Below are positions 39,905 through 50,115 of a DNA stretch of 64,000 nucleotides, piece after piece. This DNA comes from a virus (lineage: Duplodnaviria > Caudoviricetes): positions 32,001 through 96,000 of the IMG/VR virus record IMGVR_UViG_3300028591_000119; one strand, given 5' to 3'. Each line of letters starts with the position of its first letter. The stretch's first letter is position 1. Position numbers and translations under genes: made by a program. The notes beneath the pieces are model-generated. The model saw only the letters and a program-made list of their open reading frames with translations. It was not told the origin of the DNA and did not search any database.

Positions 39905-41209
39905 ATGAGAAATTTCGATTTTGCTAAAATAAAAGAAGCATATGATAAGGCAGATAAAGGATTTAATCCTACTCGTCACAAAGTAGATAATAAGGATCCT
40001 AATCCTCAAGCTTATACTTCTAAATTATATTTTAAATTCTTAGCAATAAACAATAAAACTATTACAAAAGCTCTTAAATCGACAAATGCCGAATACTATA
40101 AATCTATTGTGGATACTAATGGTGATTACTCTCGTCGCAAGGGAGGAAATTTACCAGAACAAATCAGAGCACACGTTGATTGGGCTAGAGATATGATAGG
40201 TCGCGATCCTACATTGAAGTATAGTATTCTTGGTGTTTTCTGTGATACATATGATTTATTGAATGACCTTAGATGGAGAGCAGCATTCAAACTTGCTTTC
40301 GATTATTGTAGAAGAAACGGTGATAATAAAACCATCGTTGCTGCTATCAAGAGTCTTTATTTCGCATTAGTTATTTCTTGTGAAACTACGTTCATGAAAG
40401 TCATCGAAACCGAATATTATGTATCATTAGGAAATTCTCCTGTAAATGCTGTGCTTAACGTTCATGAAAAATATTATACTTTCATGAAAAAGAATATCAT
40501 ACCAACCATTAATGTCATTACTCTTCTCAGAAACACTAAAGATCCTATCACTTATGTAAAGAGTTATATCAATGGTGAAAACAAAGCAAAACGTGCTACT
40601 GAGAACTTTTCTGTTCCCATGTATAAAGATGAAGCTACTAAATCTGCTGAAGGTGTTATTTTCGACACAATGAAAGCTTCAGGTGGAGCCATAGCAAATA
40701 TTGCTGCTTCAGGATTAACATCTGGTTTCGGTATCGCTTCTGTTATTGGTAGTGCTAAAGCCGGTGCTGCATTAGCTATTGGTTCAAATCCTGTAGGTTG
40801 GATATTAGCGATCGTAGGTTCTCTTTGGTTTATAATAACACTTATCCCTAGTATAAGAATTATTATTTATTACGCTATGATAAGTAAAACTAATGTACAG
40901 AAAGAGCTGAAACTTCATTCTGAAATACTAGGTAACAATATCGCAACGTTAAAAGAAAAATATGACAATATGTCACCTGGTGCTGAAAAAGATAAGTTAG
41001 GTGAAGTAATCAAAAAACAACAATCGATGTACGAAGATTTATTAGCTAAGATGAAAAATGAAACTAGTGGTAACTATAACGACGATGCCGCCGTTGACAG
41101 TGAATTAGACAGTGATGAATCTGATGCAGATAAAGAAGCTGAAGATAAAGGAAATGACGTCGATGATAATAATGACGGAAATTCTGATAACTTCGGTGTA
41201 TTGATTTAA
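39905..41209 (+). CDS. Putative virion protein with hydrophobic/transmembrane segment
   Basis: 434 aa; ATE-N and SAE-G sites precede a Gly/Ala-rich stretch and WILAIVGSLWFIITLIPSIRIIIYYAMI. Confidence 0.55.
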   Translation: MRNFDFAKIKEAYDKADKGFNPTRHKVDNKDPNPQAYTSKLYFKFLAINNKTITKALKSTNAEYYKSIVDTNGDYSRRKGGNLPEQIRAHVDWARDMIGRDPTLKYSILGVFCDTYDLLNDLRWRAAFKLAFDYCRRNGDNKTIVAAIKSLYFALVISCETTFMKVIETEYYVSLGNSPVNAVLNVHEKYYTFMKKNIIPTINVITLLRNTKDPITYVKSYINGENKAKRATENFSVPMYKDEATKSAEGVIFDTMKASGGAIANIAASGLTSGFGIASVIGSAKAGAALAIGSNPVGWILAIVGSLWFIITLIPSIRIIIYYAMISKTNVQKELKLHSEILGNNIATLKEKYDNMSPGAEKDKLGEVIKKQQSMYEDLLAKMKNETSGNYNDDAAVDSELDSDESDADKEAEDKGNDVDDNNDGNSDNFGVLI

Positions 41210-41245
41210 TAAAAAAATAACTCGGGTTGAACCCGAGTTATTTTT
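41210..41245. terminator. Bidirectional terminator
   Basis: AAAAATAACTCGGGTT-g-AACCCGAGTTATTTTT. Confidence 0.85.
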
Positions 41246-41287
41246 AATCTTTAAGCGGTTCTTTTTACTTTTTCAAGAAACCGTTTT

Positions 41288-42019
41288 TCAAAACTCCTTT
41301 TTATATTTGTCTATATAAGAATCTAAAACTATACTTATACAAGTAAGTAATTTTTTCCACAAGACTCTATTATGATAGTATAACGGATGATTTTCTATTT
41401 CCTTTAACTTTTCTTTAAATCGAGCATAAAGTGAACAACAATAATTGTATATAATCATATCTTGTATAGGATTTATCAATATTGATGGGTATAACTCTTT
41501 ATATTCGGATATATCTTTTTGTATAATCTCATCAAAACGTTTTTCAACACAATTTACCAATGGCATAAAACCTGATTTAGTATATTGCATCTTATATATT
41601 TCGTCTGCTATTTCAGCAAATTTATCTGAATCATATAGATAGTTTACATATATTTGAATCATTTCTCCCAGTTTGATAGGATATTCATCCGTAACATGTT
41701 GAAATGATTTTTTAACTTTATTATAAAGCGTTTTTCCAAATATATCTACAGTAAAAGGGATAAATATGTAGTCCACTTTACTTGGATCCATCTCACCTTC
41801 AATATCATATAACCGTTTCTTATATTGGTATACTATATGTGATTTTGGAAAACACAACATTATTTGTCCACCAGGATATAGATGTTTAAGTGTTTCGGCA
41901 AATATATAACAATATCCTGACCTAAATAATTTATGAACACCGTCCATTTCATTATCATTTAGTGTTCCTCTGTTAGTTCTTAGATTATTGATATAATCTA
42001 AAATATCCATCTTTTTCAT
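41288..42019 (-). CDS. Hypothetical early protein, possible Cys-His-Asp (papain/transglutaminase-like) N-terminal domain
   Basis: SGYCYIFA...SHIVY...LYDIEG; TATATTAT at 42041-42048; AAGGAG SD. Confidence 0.5.
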   Translation of the reverse strand: MKKMDILDYINNLRTNRGTLNDNEMDGVHKLFRSGYCYIFAETLKHLYPGGQIMLCFPKSHIVYQYKKRLYDIEGEMDPSKVDYIFIPFTVDIFGKTLYNKVKKSFQHVTDEYPIKLGEMIQIYVNYLYDSDKFAEIADEIYKMQYTKSGFMPLVNCVEKRFDEIIQKDISEYKELYPSILINPIQDMIIYNYCCSLYARFKEKLKEIENHPLYYHNRVLWKKLLTCISIVLDSYIDKYKKEF

Positions 42020-42055
42020 ATCTTATATCTCCTTAGATAAATAATATATAAATAA

Positions 42056-42086
42056 AAATTACAGGTAGGAATCCTACCTGTAATTA
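42056..42086. terminator. Hairpin/terminator
   Basis: AATTACAGGTAGGA-a-TCCTACCTGTAATT. Confidence 0.7.
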
Positions 42087-42088
42087 TA

Positions 42089-44590
42089 TTATTTTCCTAA
42101 AACCATTTTATCAAATAAATCATCGAATCTGCTGTTGATATTTTGATATGCTCGATTTTCGATATCATTAAGCATATTATTTCTAACAGATTCTGTTGCT
42201 TGTGTGACAATCGCTTGATCTAATGTATCAGAAGTTCCTTCGGAAATAATTCTTCCAGATGCATCTGTTGGAGAATCTTCAGTAACAGCCGCATTAACAT
42301 TTGAACCGTCGACATTGATATCAGTATTTTCATCATTAGTTATTTCCAACGATTTTACTCCACCACATAATGAACCAAGTACACTATAACATCCGTTATT
42401 AGCCATAGCATCGGCACCTTCAGTCGTTAAATCTGAAGCAGATTCGAGACAAGTAACGGTACTATCAGTAGATTCAAGTGTTTTAAATGCGCGGTTATAT
42501 GCACCAGCAGACAAATTCATTTTATATATACTGTCTAAAACTACTTGGTTTCTAGGGAACATAATAGGATTATCTTTATTTATTGAAGGCCCTGTTTCAA
42601 CATTCATATCGTAAGCAACATTCTTTCTTTCAAAATATTTTACAAAAGAATGTAATACTCCCATATCTACAAAGAAAGGAATCTTTAAATAATGTTTAAA
42701 ATAATCGATATAATATCCATTTTCACCTTCTAATATCTTTTTGAGTGTTTCTGAAGCAATATCTTTAGAAGAAGCAGCTGTGATATTATCTATTATTTCA
42801 AATTCCTGTGAATGATATTGTTCATCGAGAATATCAAAACAACTACACATTGTACGATTATTATATAGATCCATAGCTTTACTGAAAGGAGTATATTTCT
42901 TACAAATATCGGTAAGTAATTGTTTTTCTGAAAAAGAGAAATCTGTAAATTGAATAGATGAGAATGATGTTCTATTAAATGAATTATTAAGAGTATCATA
43001 TATTCTATTACATACACCATTATAAATTTCTTCAAATAATACTTGCTTTGTTTTGCCTGTATTAGGTTCAATTTCAGTATAAGAACGACCTAACTTTGCT
43101 TTAATAATTGAAAGCATGTATAAATATGCTCCATACAAGAACATTCTAGATAAACTAGAAACAGCAAATTTATTAAGAGAAAGAATACTATAATCTGTGG
43201 TAGAAGTAGAAATGTAAATGTCTCTGATTTTAAATCCTGTGGTGGTGTTCTTTATAACAGTAGCGGCTTCTTCATCTTTGATCTTAGAAACAGCATATTT
43301 TATAGTTTTAATGGACTGATAAAGATTACCGTTAGTATAATCCATAGATTGAGACGTATTATAAGTACGATATCTAGCAGTAAGATAAATTATCAAAGAA
43401 CGACAAATATAATCACAAATATGAGCAAAATCAGTATCCCACATTTTACTACTGATACTCAACATTTCAGTTACACCATTATTATTTTGAACAGTTCTAT
43501 CTATCGCTAAACGTCTAAATCCGTCACTTAATATAGCAGTAATACAAGCTGACCACACTGAATATTGGAGCTTTATATTGTTGTAGTCAGAAGGTCGTTT
43601 ACGAATATCTTCTCTTATAGAAGAATCTTCATATTGTCCGTTTCCATCTATATTCTCGTGATATTTATCTACTGTATGACCGCTTACATCAGATATATTT
43701 ATAGAATCAGGATAAAGCGCTTTATCAAGAGTAGATAAACTATCTTTAACAAATGCGGTATATGCCCAAGAATATATATCATTTTTAGCACCAATTAATT
43801 TAGAAGCATAAATAAGATATGTCGAGATAGCTGAAGCCAACATCTTTTTAGTAATCTTTTCAAGAACGTTATTGGAAATGGTAGGATCTTTAAATTTGTT
43901 AAGTATCTCAGTAAGAATATCTAAACCTTTAGCTCCATTATCGTTATCACCACCATCTTCATAAACACCTTTCTGGTCTGTGGTAGAGATAATTTCACCA
44001 AAGAATCTATCAAATAAATTAATAACATCTATACTCATTACAGATTCTAAATTATCGAGAACAGTTTTATTCCCATTAAAACCTTCTATTTCAAGAATAT
44101 TGTTATTATAACCGTAATTATTATAATCGTTCAATAATCTTTCACTTGATGAAAGGGTAGGATTATCTGACACTTCAAACATGATAGGAACAACATGTTC
44201 AGTATTCAAATATGCGTACGGTGTAACTGCTATATCAATAGATTTTACAGGAGCATAAATATCTGCACCGTTTACTGTATAGAACGTCTCATCTGCTGAC
44301 ATAGTTTTAACTTTATCATATACTCGATTACGTCCATACAAATGTCTAAATTTAACATCAAGTACATCTTTAGAAAATACTTTAGAATAAACAAACATGA
44401 AACGACGATTATTAATCATCATATTCACGGTTTTATTGACGCTATATTCCGACTTAGAAGCGGAATTCATCAATTGAGCAAATAATTCATCTATACACTG
44501 ATAACAATCTGCGTATAATTTTCTTATAAACCCTGGAAGTTCAGTATTTATAAAGATTATAGATTTTTCAAATTGATTCTTATTAATCAT
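42089..44590 (-). CDS. Large hypothetical (probably virion) protein
   Basis: GGAGA SD before ATG 44590, ATGA-coupled to upstream stop; acidic C-terminus with ISE-G/ATE-S. Confidence 0.6.
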   Translation of the reverse strand: MINKNQFEKSIIFINTELPGFIRKLYADCYQCIDELFAQLMNSASKSEYSVNKTVNMMINNRRFMFVYSKVFSKDVLDVKFRHLYGRNRVYDKVKTMSADETFYTVNGADIYAPVKSIDIAVTPYAYLNTEHVVPIMFEVSDNPTLSSSERLLNDYNNYGYNNNILEIEGFNGNKTVLDNLESVMSIDVINLFDRFFGEIISTTDQKGVYEDGGDNDNGAKGLDILTEILNKFKDPTISNNVLEKITKKMLASAISTYLIYASKLIGAKNDIYSWAYTAFVKDSLSTLDKALYPDSINISDVSGHTVDKYHENIDGNGQYEDSSIREDIRKRPSDYNNIKLQYSVWSACITAILSDGFRRLAIDRTVQNNNGVTEMLSISSKMWDTDFAHICDYICRSLIIYLTARYRTYNTSQSMDYTNGNLYQSIKTIKYAVSKIKDEEAATVIKNTTTGFKIRDIYISTSTTDYSILSLNKFAVSSLSRMFLYGAYLYMLSIIKAKLGRSYTEIEPNTGKTKQVLFEEIYNGVCNRIYDTLNNSFNRTSFSSIQFTDFSFSEKQLLTDICKKYTPFSKAMDLYNNRTMCSCFDILDEQYHSQEFEIIDNITAASSKDIASETLKKILEGENGYYIDYFKHYLKIPFFVDMGVLHSFVKYFERKNVAYDMNVETGPSINKDNPIMFPRNQVVLDSIYKMNLSAGAYNRAFKTLESTDSTVTCLESASDLTTEGADAMANNGCYSVLGSLCGGVKSLEITNDENTDINVDGSNVNAAVTEDSPTDASGRIISEGTSDTLDQAIVTQATESVRNNMLNDIENRAYQNINSRFDDLFDKMVLGK

Positions 44591-46089
44591 TTTTTTCTCC
44601 AAGATTGAATACAATCATCGATATATTTATTTATAATTACGAAAGATTCGTATAAATATAATTTCATAACCATATCATATGAATTAATGTAATGCATAGC
44701 ATTCATAGTAGATACTAAATCTAAACAAGTCCAGCTAGCTATACTCAACACTAATGTTGCTAATTTATAATTAGATTTAGCATTAATTTTATTATATTCT
44801 ATAATCATAGACTGTACTGTCGTTGATAACTTTCCAGTTATATTAGCTACTCTAGTAATAGAATCTATCAACGATTTAATAGTTTCATCTGCTTTTTCCT
44901 TAAATGCACCAGTCTTATTATTGAAATTATCTATTTGAGAATAGAATTCACCAACAGTAATATCATCCACGAATGACAGATTTTTAGGTTCTTTAGCCAT
45001 TATAGAATCTAAATTAATATTACTATATTCACTGCCTACTTCAGAAATAATTCTTTGAAGATTTTTAGCATTTTTAATACATGCAAATATAGTCTTTTCG
45101 TTTTCATTATCAGTTAAATTGTTAGAATTAAAATCAATAGTTCTAAACAAATCTGCTTTAGTAGAACCATCATATCCAACATTAGGTTTAATACTGTCTG
45201 ATTGTTTAGCTGTAAAAGTCGATACATCTAATTTATATTTTTGCATCATCCATACGAAATAGTCATCATCATCTGTATATTCGGAACTAGTCAATTCATC
45301 ATACATAGCATCTATTTGTTTTGACAGTTTTATAATCTTTTTAATTTCAGTATCAACTCTTTCAGAAGATGCACCATTTAAATCGGTAGTATTGAAAATA
45401 TCTTTAAATGATGATAACATCTCATTCACAGCGAGTGCGACTTTACTAGTAATATCCGATAATTTTTGATATCGTTTAATATATCGTTTGAAATAACTGA
45501 TATTGTCACCGTTTTTAACAAATACGTTAATAACGTCTCTAGTGTAATCTCTCAACGAATCGATACCACATTCAATCATTTTATCTGAACCTAGAACATT
45601 TTCCAATATGTTTTTAATATATGTCTTTTCTATATCAGAAATATCAGTTCGTTTAGATAGTTTTGGTAATTTTCTAGTGAAATCTTTATTTGTAAGGTCT
45701 TTTACATCTTTATTCATCTTGATACATAAACCACATGACGGAATTATTTGGTTTTTAAGAATCAAATTCATCATATTGACTAATGGTTTAACCTCGGTTC
45801 CAAACGATTCCACTGCTCTTTCAACCATATCATTATCTTTATTTACAAGATAATTTCCTATAGAAGTACCTATTTGTACTTCTTCATTATCTTTTCTCGA
45901 AACAGTCAATGCTTTCTTTAAATTACTGTAAAACTCGTTCAGTATTTCAGATTTAATTTTTCTATCTTTTTCACCGCCACATAAAGAAGTATCTTTACCA
46001 TCTTTATATTGTGTTATAGATTCGTTTATTTCTTTCGATACTGCATCATACGGTAATTCATTAGAAATATTATCGTGTACTATATCCAT
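44587..46089 (-). CDS. Hypothetical helical (probably virion) protein
   Basis: 500 aa; SKE and AVE-S sites near N-terminus; AACA-N7-TG upstream. Confidence 0.6.
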   Translation of the reverse strand: MDIVHDNISNELPYDAVSKEINESITQYKDGKDTSLCGGEKDRKIKSEILNEFYSNLKKALTVSRKDNEEVQIGTSIGNYLVNKDNDMVERAVESFGTEVKPLVNMMNLILKNQIIPSCGLCIKMNKDVKDLTNKDFTRKLPKLSKRTDISDIEKTYIKNILENVLGSDKMIECGIDSLRDYTRDVINVFVKNGDNISYFKRYIKRYQKLSDITSKVALAVNEMLSSFKDIFNTTDLNGASSERVDTEIKKIIKLSKQIDAMYDELTSSEYTDDDDYFVWMMQKYKLDVSTFTAKQSDSIKPNVGYDGSTKADLFRTIDFNSNNLTDNENEKTIFACIKNAKNLQRIISEVGSEYSNINLDSIMAKEPKNLSFVDDITVGEFYSQIDNFNNKTGAFKEKADETIKSLIDSITRVANITGKLSTTVQSMIIEYNKINAKSNYKLATLVLSIASWTCLDLVSTMNAMHYINSYDMVMKLYLYESFVIINKYIDDCIQSWRKK

Positions 46090-46152
46090 AATAATTTCCT
46101 ATTTAATTATTGTTCATTATTAATGTTTTTCGTATCAAAAGAAAATAAAAAG

Positions 46153-46178
46153 AAATGTCCCCTAAACAGGGGACATTT
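46153..46178 (-). terminator. Intrinsic terminator
   Basis: AAATGTCCCCT-aaac-AGGGGACATTT with A-rich tract on the left. Confidence 0.75.
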
Positions 46179-46353
46179 GTTAGAAATTGTATCACAACTC
46201 AAAATGAGTTATAATTTATTTCAGTTTAAATTTAAACTCAAATACGTTAAAGAATACTGTAAGTACGATATTAAATAAACCTAATTTTGGAAATTTAATT
46301 AGGGTCGTCTTTTACCCAATATTATACTCATAGATTCATTCTTTAACTTAAAC

Positions 46354-46863
46354 CTAATGATTATAACGCTTTAAATTGTTTTTAAAACGACTAACTATCA
46401 TTTCCCTAACAGATTCAGACAAATTAAGATTGACCTTTTCAGGATAATTCAAAATTATATCTCCAACTGCATTAGCGATTTTGTCAGAAGTCAAAATAAT
46501 CTTATCGATTTGATTATTATTGACTATCAAATTTATTAGACTTGATATAGTTGTTAGATGTTCACCGTTTCTTCCAAAATCACCTAAAACCCTTACTTTA
46601 ACAAGAGTTTTATTTAGGAATGTATCTGTGTAATCATTTAATTTAGGTTTAACTTCGGTTTCAACTTCGACAACACTTTCCTCTGCTATCTCTGCTTCAA
46701 CTTCAAGAGTTTCAGATGAAGTTTTTTCACCTATATTAACGATCTCGTCGGAACCCTCAATCTTAGTGGAATCGATTGATTTTTTTGCTACTTGATCTTC
46801 ATAGATTATTTTAGCTTCATCTGATTTATTACGTGATTTATTTGTCTTTTTTCTATTGCTCAT
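46354..46863 (-). CDS. Hypothetical protein
   Basis: 169 aa, GGAGG SD. Confidence 0.7.
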   Translation of the reverse strand: MSNRKKTNKSRNKSDEAKIIYEDQVAKKSIDSTKIEGSDEIVNIGEKTSSETLEVEAEIAEESVVEVETEVKPKLNDYTDTFLNKTLVKVRVLGDFGRNGEHLTTISSLINLIVNNNQIDKIILTSDKIANAVGDIILNYPEKVNLNLSESVREMIVSRFKNNLKRYNH

Positions 46864-46892
46864 AAGAAGCCTCCATTTCTAGAGACTTTTTA

Positions 46893-47531
46893 TTAGAGCT
46901 TTGTAAGATCGAAATTAGCAAACAAAGATTCAAGTGATGCGTTAGGATCAGCAGCTGCACTATCATCACCTTCTGCACTTGTTTCAGGTTCAGCAGGAGC
47001 TGGTTCAGCTGGTTCAGTAGGTTCTGTTGCAGGTTCAGCAGGAGCTGAATCATTCGTTATTTCAATCTTTACACCGTCTACTTCTACAACTGTAGTATCT
47101 GATGTCTGTGTAACTTCAGCATTGTTATCTTCAGCAGGAGCTGGTTCAGCTGGTTCAGCTGGTTCAGTAGGTTCTGTTGCAGGTTCAGCAGGAGCTGGAT
47201 CAGCAGCAGGTGGTGTATTATCTGGTTCATCTGATTCTTGTGCTGCAAAAAGCTTCTTAACAAGAGTAGGGTCTTTTTTAACCATTCCTGCTACGAGTCT
47301 AAATGCTTCATTAGCTTTCTGAGCCTGTTCAGGTGTATCGTCGTGTTCAGCTTGAGCTTGTGTTGAAGGATCATCTGCGTTGAATTCAGCATTTGGATCG
47401 CTAGGAGTTTTCTTAGCATCATCTTGTAATTCGAGCAGATCTGGTCCTGCACCCTGTGTTACATCAGGTACACCTGCTGAATCAGATTCAACACTAATAG
47501 TCTGTCCGTTCTTAGTGATATTAATTTTCAT
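46893..47531 (-). CDS. Acidic Pro/Ala/Glu-repeat head or scaffold-like protein
   Basis: Leader MKINITKNGQTISVE-S; PAEPATEPTEPAEP twice; several S/A-x-E sites; AACA-N6-TG at 47685-47696. Confidence 0.6.
   Translation of the reverse strand: MKINITKNGQTISVESDSAGVPDVTQGAGPDLLELQDDAKKTPSDPNAEFNADDPSTQAQAEHDDTPEQAQKANEAFRLVAGMVKKDPTLVKKLFAAQESDEPDNTPPAADPAPAEPATEPTEPAEPAEPAPAEDNNAEVTQTSDTTVVEVDGVKIEITNDSAPAEPATEPTEPAEPAPAEPETSAEGDDSAAADPNASLESLFANFDLTKL
46987..47197. repeat. ~60-bp duplicated PAEP-coding block with internal 9-bp units
   Basis: CAGCAGGAGCTGGTTCAGCTGGTTCAG...GGTTCTGTTGCAGGTTCAGCAGGAGCTG at ~46991 and ~47132. Confidence 0.85.
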
Positions 47532-47913
47532 TTGTAATAATCCTCCATTAGTCTTTAATAATAAAAACTAATTTTAAAAAGTTTACAAATCTCATATTCA
47601 AATATGAGTATTTTTGAAATATAAAGCAGTAAAGAGATGAGCGATATTTCTTAAATAAGAAATTCTCTAACTACTAAATAAATTCATAATAATGTTATAT
47701 AATTTAACGTTTTTTCTATTAAAAAGATAAAAAAATAAATCCTGTTTATTCTTTCATATTCTCAAATATCATACATATAAGTAATCAAATAAAAAAAATA
47801 ACACTACGCATTTTATTAATCTATGTGTTATTGAAAAATATTAACCCAAAGTGCAACAATAGCCTAAATACTAAGTCACCGTAGATTTTATAGTATAAAA
47901 TGTATTTCTATAT

Positions 47914-48096
47914 TTAATCTGACATACTGCTGTCATCAGATGAATCGTCACTCGTCTCAATACCAAACATATCTTCAATACCTTCTGTTCCACCTACTAT
48001 AGGAACAGAAGACATAATATCCATAGTCCAGTCATCGTCGTCGCATGAAAATAACATGTTGTGCCTCCTTTTTCCTTTATTCGTTACTTCCACCAT
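47914..48096 (-). CDS. Small acidic hypothetical protein
   Basis: 60-aa ORF; true start may be the internal ATG after GGAGG. Confidence 0.5.
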   Translation of the reverse strand: MVEVTNKGKRRHNMLFSCDDDDWTMDIMSSVPIVGGTEGIEDMFGIETSDDSSDDSSMSD

Positions 48097-48313
48097 AAAT
48101 GATTTTAAAAATAGATACCGCAGTTAATGAGACGATACCTATAATTCCGGTTGCAACGATACCTTTCAAGATACCTTTGCTTTCTTCGTCTACTTCTAGA
48201 CGAAATACTTTTTTACTTGGAAGCTTGGCTGATTCAATGTATGATTCAGCTAATTTTGTTGTTTTGTCATCCAAGCCTATCTTAGAGACATTAATATTTA
48301 ATTCTCCTTTCAT
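48077..48313 (-). CDS. Small membrane protein (putative early)
   Basis: AGGAG SD before ATG 48313; C-terminal hydrophobic helix; TATATTAT at 48336-48343. Confidence 0.65.
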   Translation of the reverse strand: MKGELNINVSKIGLDDKTTKLAESYIESAKLPSKKVFRLEVDEESKGILKGIVATGIIGIVSLTAVSIFKIIYGGSNE

Positions 48314-48434
48314 ATTTTTACTCCTACTCAAATCTATAATATATTAAAATGAATGTATATAAAATAAAATTTATATTTTAATATAGAAAGATATACATTA
48401 TTATGAAATCGACGTCTATAGGAGGATTAACATT

Positions 48435-48722
48435 ATGGACGAACCAAAAGAAGTTGAAACAACTGTAACACAGGAAAAGGATACTAAAAAGAAGCAGCAT
48501 CCTGAGTACAAAATCACTAAAGAATTGGGTGTTCTTGGTAACCGCGGTAATGTCGGATGGACTATTCAGTTAAATGAAATCCAGTGGGATCCTAGCAATC
48601 CTGAAACAAAGTATGATATTCGTACTTGGTCACCAGATCGTAAAATCTTAGGTAAAGGTATTTCTCTTAATAAAGAAGAAGCTTCTAAACTCAAAGATCT
48701 CCTCAATTCTATCGAATTATAA
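48435..48722 (+). CDS. PC4/YdbC-family ssDNA-binding protein
   Basis: GWTIQLNEIQW...KYDIRTWSPDRKILGKGISLNKEEASKLKDLL is the YdbC/PC4 signature. Confidence 0.9.
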   Translation: MDEPKEVETTVTQEKDTKKKQHPEYKITKELGVLGNRGNVGWTIQLNEIQWDPSNPETKYDIRTWSPDRKILGKGISLNKEEASKLKDLLNSIEL

Positions 48723-48730
48723 AATATTGT

Positions 48731-48766
48731 ATAATGTAGACTCGGTTTTCCGAGTCTACATATTAT
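48731..48766. terminator. Bidirectional terminator
   Basis: ATAATGTAGACTCGG-tttt-CCGAGTCTACATTAT. Confidence 0.8.
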
Positions 48767-49195
48767 TTATGTCCTATTAAATCTATCAATATCTTCTTGG
48801 GTTATTCTCACTATTTCACATTCGATTTCGTTATTTTTATTTTCTTTTCTTGTAGGATTTTGTAAATCATATAACTTATCAAAATCAGCATCGCGTTCTT
48901 CTTCACGCTTTATATCTTCAGCAGTAATTCTGTCTTTTCGTTTAGTTAACCATCGTTTAGAATTCTTTTTGATATATTTGACAGATTCATCAAACTGTCT
49001 AAAACTTAATTCTGTGTCCCCTAATTTAAACGAAGAATTAACACATTCGAATTCAAATTTAATTCGTTTATGTTTCTCATCCAAAACAAATTTAATAGAA
49101 TCAGGTAACACTTTAAATAACATACTTAAATCACCTGAATATATAGAAAGCATTTCTCCATTAGCATCATCTTTAAATTGTTTTTTACTTCTCAT
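48767..49195 (-). CDS. Hypothetical protein (putative early)
   Basis: 142 aa, AAGGAG SD, TATATTAT at 49218-49225. Confidence 0.7.
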   Translation of the reverse strand: MRSKKQFKDDANGEMLSIYSGDLSMLFKVLPDSIKFVLDEKHKRIKFEFECVNSSFKLGDTELSFRQFDESVKYIKKNSKRWLTKRKDRITAEDIKREEERDADFDKLYDLQNPTRKENKNNEIECEIVRITQEDIDRFNRT

Positions 49196-49280
49196 ATTTT
49201 TATCTCCTTACACTAAAATAATATATAATCATTTGACATTTCAATGATTTAAAATCGATATAGAATAAGGAAAAAATCAA

Positions 49281-50114
49281 ATGAATGAAGATAATTTAAA
49301 TAGACATAAAAAACCTAAAATTTTTAAATGTCCAGAATGTGGACAACGATACACTTCATATTATTTATTAGTAAGACATGCTTCCACTTTACATAAGGAC
49401 AAGATTCCTGAAGGAATATCTGTAGATCAATGGTTGTTTGATAGACGAAATAAAATTACATCTCCTAAATTATGTGTAATATGTAAAAAGAATCCAGTTA
49501 AATTCAATCAAACAACTTTAAAATATAATAGATTCTGTTCTGAAGAATGTCGTAAAAAAGCAGGTGAGATAGCTGAAAGAAATCTAAAAAAGAAAACAGG
49601 TAAAACTCGTTCTGAAAGAATGTCTGATCCAGATACACAAAGAAATATGTTAGCCAATAGAGGAACGTCAGGAACATATACTTTCAGAGATAAAAAAACT
49701 ACTATAAGATATGCTAGTTCATACGAATTAGATTTCTTAAAATTTTATGATTTAGAATTCCAAGGCGACCCTTTAGATTTAATAGAGTGTCCTTACACGT
49801 TCGATTATATTTTTGATAATAAGAAACACACTTATATACCTGATTACGCTTGTAATCTTGGTGGTAATGGTGGAATACTTATAATAGAAATAAAAGACGG
49901 TAAATTAGCTAATCAAACTAATCAAGCAATCATTGATAATAGCCAAGCTAAAGAACCTTTCAAAGATGAAGCAGTATTACGTTCAGGTATCTATAATTTC
50001 ATTAAGATACGTGATATGCAATATGATGATTTTGTACAAGTTATGAATATTCTAAAAGAAAGAAATGCAAGTACAGAATCATTTCCACCATTATTTATAA
50101 ATCCTGAAAGATAA
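49281..50114 (+). CDS. Zinc-finger + TnsA-like PD-(D/E)XK endonuclease
   Basis: C2H2 CPECG...HASTLH; CVIC...FCSEEC; YASSYELDF...YIPDY...IIEIKD. Confidence 0.7.
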   Translation: MNEDNLNRHKKPKIFKCPECGQRYTSYYLLVRHASTLHKDKIPEGISVDQWLFDRRNKITSPKLCVICKKNPVKFNQTTLKYNRFCSEECRKKAGEIAERNLKKKTGKTRSERMSDPDTQRNMLANRGTSGTYTFRDKKTTIRYASSYELDFLKFYDLEFQGDPLDLIECPYTFDYIFDNKKHTYIPDYACNLGGNGGILIIEIKDGKLANQTNQAIIDNSQAKEPFKDEAVLRSGIYNFIKIRDMQYDDFVQVMNILKERNASTESFPPLFINPER

Positions 50115-50115
50115 T

